This document shows positions 24,768 through 28,276 of a DNA stretch of 28,276 nucleotides, in pieces (within the stretch, counting starts at the first letter, position 1; each line of letters opens with the position of its first letter). The stretch is taken from positions 1 to 28,276 of IMG/VR virus record IMGVR_UViG_3300012171_000004; one strand, written 5' to 3'. Made by a program: the position numbers and the translations under genes. This DNA comes from a virus (Duplodnaviria > Caudoviricetes). The notes beneath the pieces are model-generated. The model made no database searches and had not been told where the DNA came from. It worked only from the letters and a program-made list of their open reading frames with translations.

Positions 24768-24919
24768 TAACCACGTAATGAAACACGGCGGCGCGAAGCC
24801 TCGCGCCGTTCTCGACTGGCATAACTCGGCAAGGCTGCCGAGGCGATGTCAAGCAACTCGTTGCCATGCTTGGGCGACGCGAGAAATCGCGCCGCCCTTT
24901 TCTTTTGCATGGCGAAATC

Positions 24920-25129
24920 ATGGATCAAGACGAAATCGACGCCGCTCTCGAAACCGCCGCGACGCGTCCGCAGGAAATGCGGACGGACGAAGGCAGCGTG
25001 AAGATGCCGTCCGTTCAAGACCTCATTGCGCTCGACCAGCACGAAGCGAACAAACGCGCCGCGCGAACGTCGGCTTTCCCCCTGCGCGGGACGAAGGCGA
25101 AGTTCGGCGGCACGACGGGCTGCACCTGA
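24920..25129 (+). CDS. Small gene before portal, gpW-like head completion position
   Basis: 69 aa, TGATG-coupled to the portal gene; call is by synteny with lambda-type heads. Confidence 0.55.
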   Translation: MDQDEIDAALETAATRPQEMRTDEGSVKMPSVQDLIALDQHEANKRAARTSAFPLRGTKAKFGGTTGCT

Positions 25130-26631
25130 TGTTCAACTGGATCAAAAACCTGTTCGGCTTTGTCCGCCCGGTGAAGGCCAGGCAGTGGGAATATTACGTT
25201 TCCACCGACCGCTACGCCCGCCTGAAAGCCAAATACGACGCTGCCAGTCAACTCGACTCGCGCCACTGGGCCAACGCCGACGCTCTGTCCTCCACGTCCG
25301 CCAACTCCCTCGACGTACGTACGAAACTCCGCAACCGCGCCCGGTATGAAATCGCCAACAACTGCCACGCGCGGGGCATCGTCTCGACGCTGGCGAACGA
25401 TGTTATCGGCACCGGCTCGCGCTTGCAGATCGTCCACGATGACGAGTCGCTTTGCAACGCCATCGAAACGCCGTGGAACGAATGGTACGAGGAAATTGGA
25501 TTGGCCGAAAAGCTGCACACGTTCAAGCTCGCCAAGATCGGCGACGGCGAAGGCTGCGGCATGCTCCGCCAGAACGATCAATTGTTTTCGTCCGTCCGGC
25601 TCGATGTCGAAATCTTCGAAACCGATCGCATCACCGATCCATATCAACTCGCTCTTTCCGGCTCGCACGTCGATGGGATCGAACTGGACGAACGAAACCG
25701 GCCGGTCAATTACTACGTCTCGAAATACCATCCGGGCGACACGACGTTTTTTCAGTCGTTCGGACCCGACGGCTTTTCGAAGGTGCCGGCAAAGAACATT
25801 CTGCATTGGTTCCGCCATGACCGCCCGGAACAAATGCGGGGCGTTCCCGAAATCACGCCGGCCTTGCCGCTGTTCGCGCAGATTCGCCGGTACACGCTGG
25901 CTGTTCTCGCCTCGGCCGAGATCGCGGCGGACTTCGCTGCGTTCATCCATACCGACGCGCTGCCGAACGAAGAGGACTCGAGCGACCAGCCGAAAGCCTG
26001 GGACTCCACCGACCTGGAAAAAGGCTTGCTCACGCCGTTGCCGCACGGCTGGGACATCACGCAAATGCGGGCCGAGCAACCGACGACCGGGCATAACGAA
26101 TTCGTCAAGGGGCTACTCCGCGAAGCCTGCCACGCGCTGCTCATCCCCTACAACATCGCGAATGCCGACTTCGAAGGCGATTCCTATGCGGGCGGCCGCA
26201 TGGCGCTTCAGGTCTATCAGCGGTCGTGCAAAGTCCAGCGCTCGCACTTCAACAATCGAATCCTGAACAAGATTTTTGCCGCTTGGTACGAAGAGGCGAT
26301 CCGCATTCCGCGATTGCTGCCGTCCAGCGCTCCGCTGAACGTCACGCAGTTGCAGCGCAAATGGCATTACGACGCGTGGGGCCATGTCGATCCGGTCAAG
26401 GAATCGACGGCAACCGGCATCGATCTTGCCAACGGCGTGACGACCCTCGCGGACGAATGCGAGAAAGAATCCCGCGACTGGCGCGACGTGATGAACCAGC
26501 GGGCCAAAGAACAGGCGTTGGCAAAGAAACTCGGCATTCTCACCGAACCGACGAAGAAAGCCGCGCCGAGCGAAGATGACGAAGCCGACGGCGAAACCGA
26601 AGACGCGGAGGTACAAAATGCCGCCGCTTAA
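25129..26631 (+). CDS. Lambda-family portal protein
   Basis: KYDAA, LRNRARYEIANN..GIV, DGE, DGIELD..PVNY, RPEQMRGVP, WGHVDPVKE. Confidence 0.93.
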   Translation: MFNWIKNLFGFVRPVKARQWEYYVSTDRYARLKAKYDAASQLDSRHWANADALSSTSANSLDVRTKLRNRARYEIANNCHARGIVSTLANDVIGTGSRLQIVHDDESLCNAIETPWNEWYEEIGLAEKLHTFKLAKIGDGEGCGMLRQNDQLFSSVRLDVEIFETDRITDPYQLALSGSHVDGIELDERNRPVNYYVSKYHPGDTTFFQSFGPDGFSKVPAKNILHWFRHDRPEQMRGVPEITPALPLFAQIRRYTLAVLASAEIAADFAAFIHTDALPNEEDSSDQPKAWDSTDLEKGLLTPLPHGWDITQMRAEQPTTGHNEFVKGLLREACHALLIPYNIANADFEGDSYAGGRMALQVYQRSCKVQRSHFNNRILNKIFAAWYEEAIRIPRLLPSSAPLNVTQLQRKWHYDAWGHVDPVKESTATGIDLANGVTTLADECEKESRDWRDVMNQRAKEQALAKKLGILTEPTKKAAPSEDDEADGETEDAEVQNAAA

Positions 26632-28276
26632 CATGCTTGATATCCGCGTCGTCAACCTGCCGATTTCCGCCGAGGCTCATCCGGCGTCGCTCCGCATTTG
26701 CGGCGCGTCGGAGGACTTCGCTATCGAGGCCGCAGCCGATGACGGCGCTGGCAAGGCGAAGAAATGGTCGATGACCGGCTACACCGGCGGCATGATGCGT
26801 CTCGAAGGCTGGTTCTATCCCGTCGTCGTGGACCTCGAAGGGCTGAGCGTCCCGCGCCAGGTGATTCCGACGCTCTACGCGCACGACCGCGAACGGATCG
26901 TCGGCCAAACTTCCGAGATCACCAAGAGCACGCAGCGGCTTCGCCTCGCCGGTACGCTCCGCGAGGATGTGCAGTCGCAGACGCCCGGCGCCATGGCGGC
27001 TGCCGAAATCATCGCGCTCAGCAAAAGCAAGTTCGAATGGCAAGGCTCAATCGGCGCGTCGCCCGATGAAGTCCGTTTCGTTCCCGCTGGCGAATCGTTC
27101 AAGGCCAACGGCCGCAACTTCGACGGCCCGGCCTATCACGTTGTCAAATCGACTCTCGCAGAAATCAGCTTCGTGCCGATCGGCGCGGACATGAATACTT
27201 CCGCCAACGTCGCCGCACAGGCGCACCAAGGAGAGACCATGAATCCCGAATTCGTCGCTTGGCTCAAGGCACAGGACTATACCGAGGCCGAGATTAACGC
27301 TCTGGCCGGCACGAAGCGGCTACCGCTTTTGCAAGCGGCATGGGAAGCGAGCAAGAAGCCCACGCAGACGGTCGTGGCGCCGGTCCAGGCAACTCAGAAT
27401 CCAACGCCTGCGGGCGGCACGTTCAGCGACCAAATGGCGGCCATTGAGCTGGAATCCGCCCGCGTCTCGTACATACGCGAGCGGACCGTCAACGCCGCGC
27501 GGCAGTACGTCGGCGATCAGGAGCGTATCAAGCAACTGACGTTGCTTTGCGAAGGCGCGGTCAACGATCAGAAAGTCACCAAGAACGATTTCGATTTGGC
27601 CTTACTTCGCTTCGACCGAGCGATTGCGCCGACGGTCATCGTGGGCGGTTCCAGCCAAGCGCACACAGAGGATGTCCTCGAAGCGGCAATTTGCATAACG
27701 TGCAAACTGCCAGGCGTCGAGAAGGTGTACAGCGACCAAGTTTTGCAGGCCGCTCACTCGCGATTCCGCCGCGGCATTGGCCTAAAAGAATTGTTCCAGA
27801 TCGCGGCCGAACGGAACAACAGCTACCGCGGATCGACTCGCGATGAGCGGGCGCTTTGTCGCGCGGCGTTCAAAATCGGCCACGATGACATCCGCGCCAG
27901 CGGTGCCGGCCCGTCCACGATTGCCGTTCCGGGCATCCTGTCGAACGTCGCCAACAAGTTCTTGGCCGCGGGCTTCCTCTTCACCGAGCAAAGCCATCGC
28001 CAGATTTCGCGCATCCGGCCGGCCAACGACTTCAAGCAGATGACGACCTACCGGCTGACCGGCGCGAACAAGTTCAAGAAGGTTTCTCCAGGCGGCGAGA
28101 TCAAGCACGGCTCGCTGTCGGAATTGACCTACACGAATCAGGTCGAGACCTACGGCATCATGCTCGGCATCGACCGTCGCGACATCCGCAACGACGATCT
28201 CGGCGCGTTCACTGGCGTCGCCCAAGAACTTGGACGCGGCGGCGGCGACTCGCTCAACGAAGTTTTCTGGGCCGAA
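26618..28276 (+). CDS. Prohead protease - scaffold - major capsid fusion (3' partial; absent from the ORF track)
   Basis: Own translation: YTGG..PVVVDLEG..HD..IVG..WQGSIGA..LAEISFVPIGAD (protease), then NDFK..GEIKHG..ETYG..DIRNDDLGAF (Mu gpT-like capsid); open to the window end. Confidence 0.88.
   Translation, partial: MPPLNMLDIRVVNLPISAEAHPASLRICGASEDFAIEAAADDGAGKAKKWSMTGYTGGMMRLEGWFYPVVVDLEGLSVPRQVIPTLYAHDRERIVGQTSEITKSTQRLRLAGTLREDVQSQTPGAMAAAEIIALSKSKFEWQGSIGASPDEVRFVPAGESFKANGRNFDGPAYHVVKSTLAEISFVPIGADMNTSANVAAQAHQGETMNPEFVAWLKAQDYTEAEINALAGTKRLPLLQAAWEASKKPTQTVVAPVQATQNPTPAGGTFSDQMAAIELESARVSYIRERTVNAARQYVGDQERIKQLTLLCEGAVNDQKVTKNDFDLALLRFDRAIAPTVIVGGSSQAHTEDVLEAAICITCKLPGVEKVYSDQVLQAAHSRFRRGIGLKELFQIAAERNNSYRGSTRDERALCRAAFKIGHDDIRASGAGPSTIAVPGILSNVANKFLAAGFLFTEQSHRQISRIRPANDFKQMTTYRLTGANKFKKVSPGGEIKHGSLSELTYTNQVETYGIMLGIDRRDIRNDDLGAFTGVAQELGRGGGDSLNEVFWAE

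Overview
This window is an internal segment of a temperate phage or prophage genome, GC-rich, with nearly all phage genes on the + strand. Gene order: accessory and recombination genes (pentapeptide repeat protein, HTH, annealase-like, ParB fragment, RusA, methyltransferases), replication genes with an iteron-like origin, then packaging and head genes (HNH-terminase fusion, DUF2190-like protein, lambda-type portal, protease-capsid fusion running off the end). Between 7.9 and 20.7 kb lies a dense cluster of IS1595-family elements: two full cargo-carrying transposons (7908-11056 and 17875-20723, the latter with an 8-bp TSD), one internally deleted copy, a 176-bp MITE and two orphan ends. The most striking observation is that in both full elements every cargo gene and the transposase share one codon register (gaps of 0, 3, 9 or 84 nt). 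The opposite strand is a single open frame of about 900-1000 codons that starts at a conserved AAAGG-N8/9-ATG inside the right end, even though the two cargos are unrelated. This looks like an ambigrammatic transposon, possibly built to be non-polar in phage operons (inference). Several tRNA-like or otherwise structured RNA candidates are also present. All family calls are from motif recognition by eye; no searches were run.
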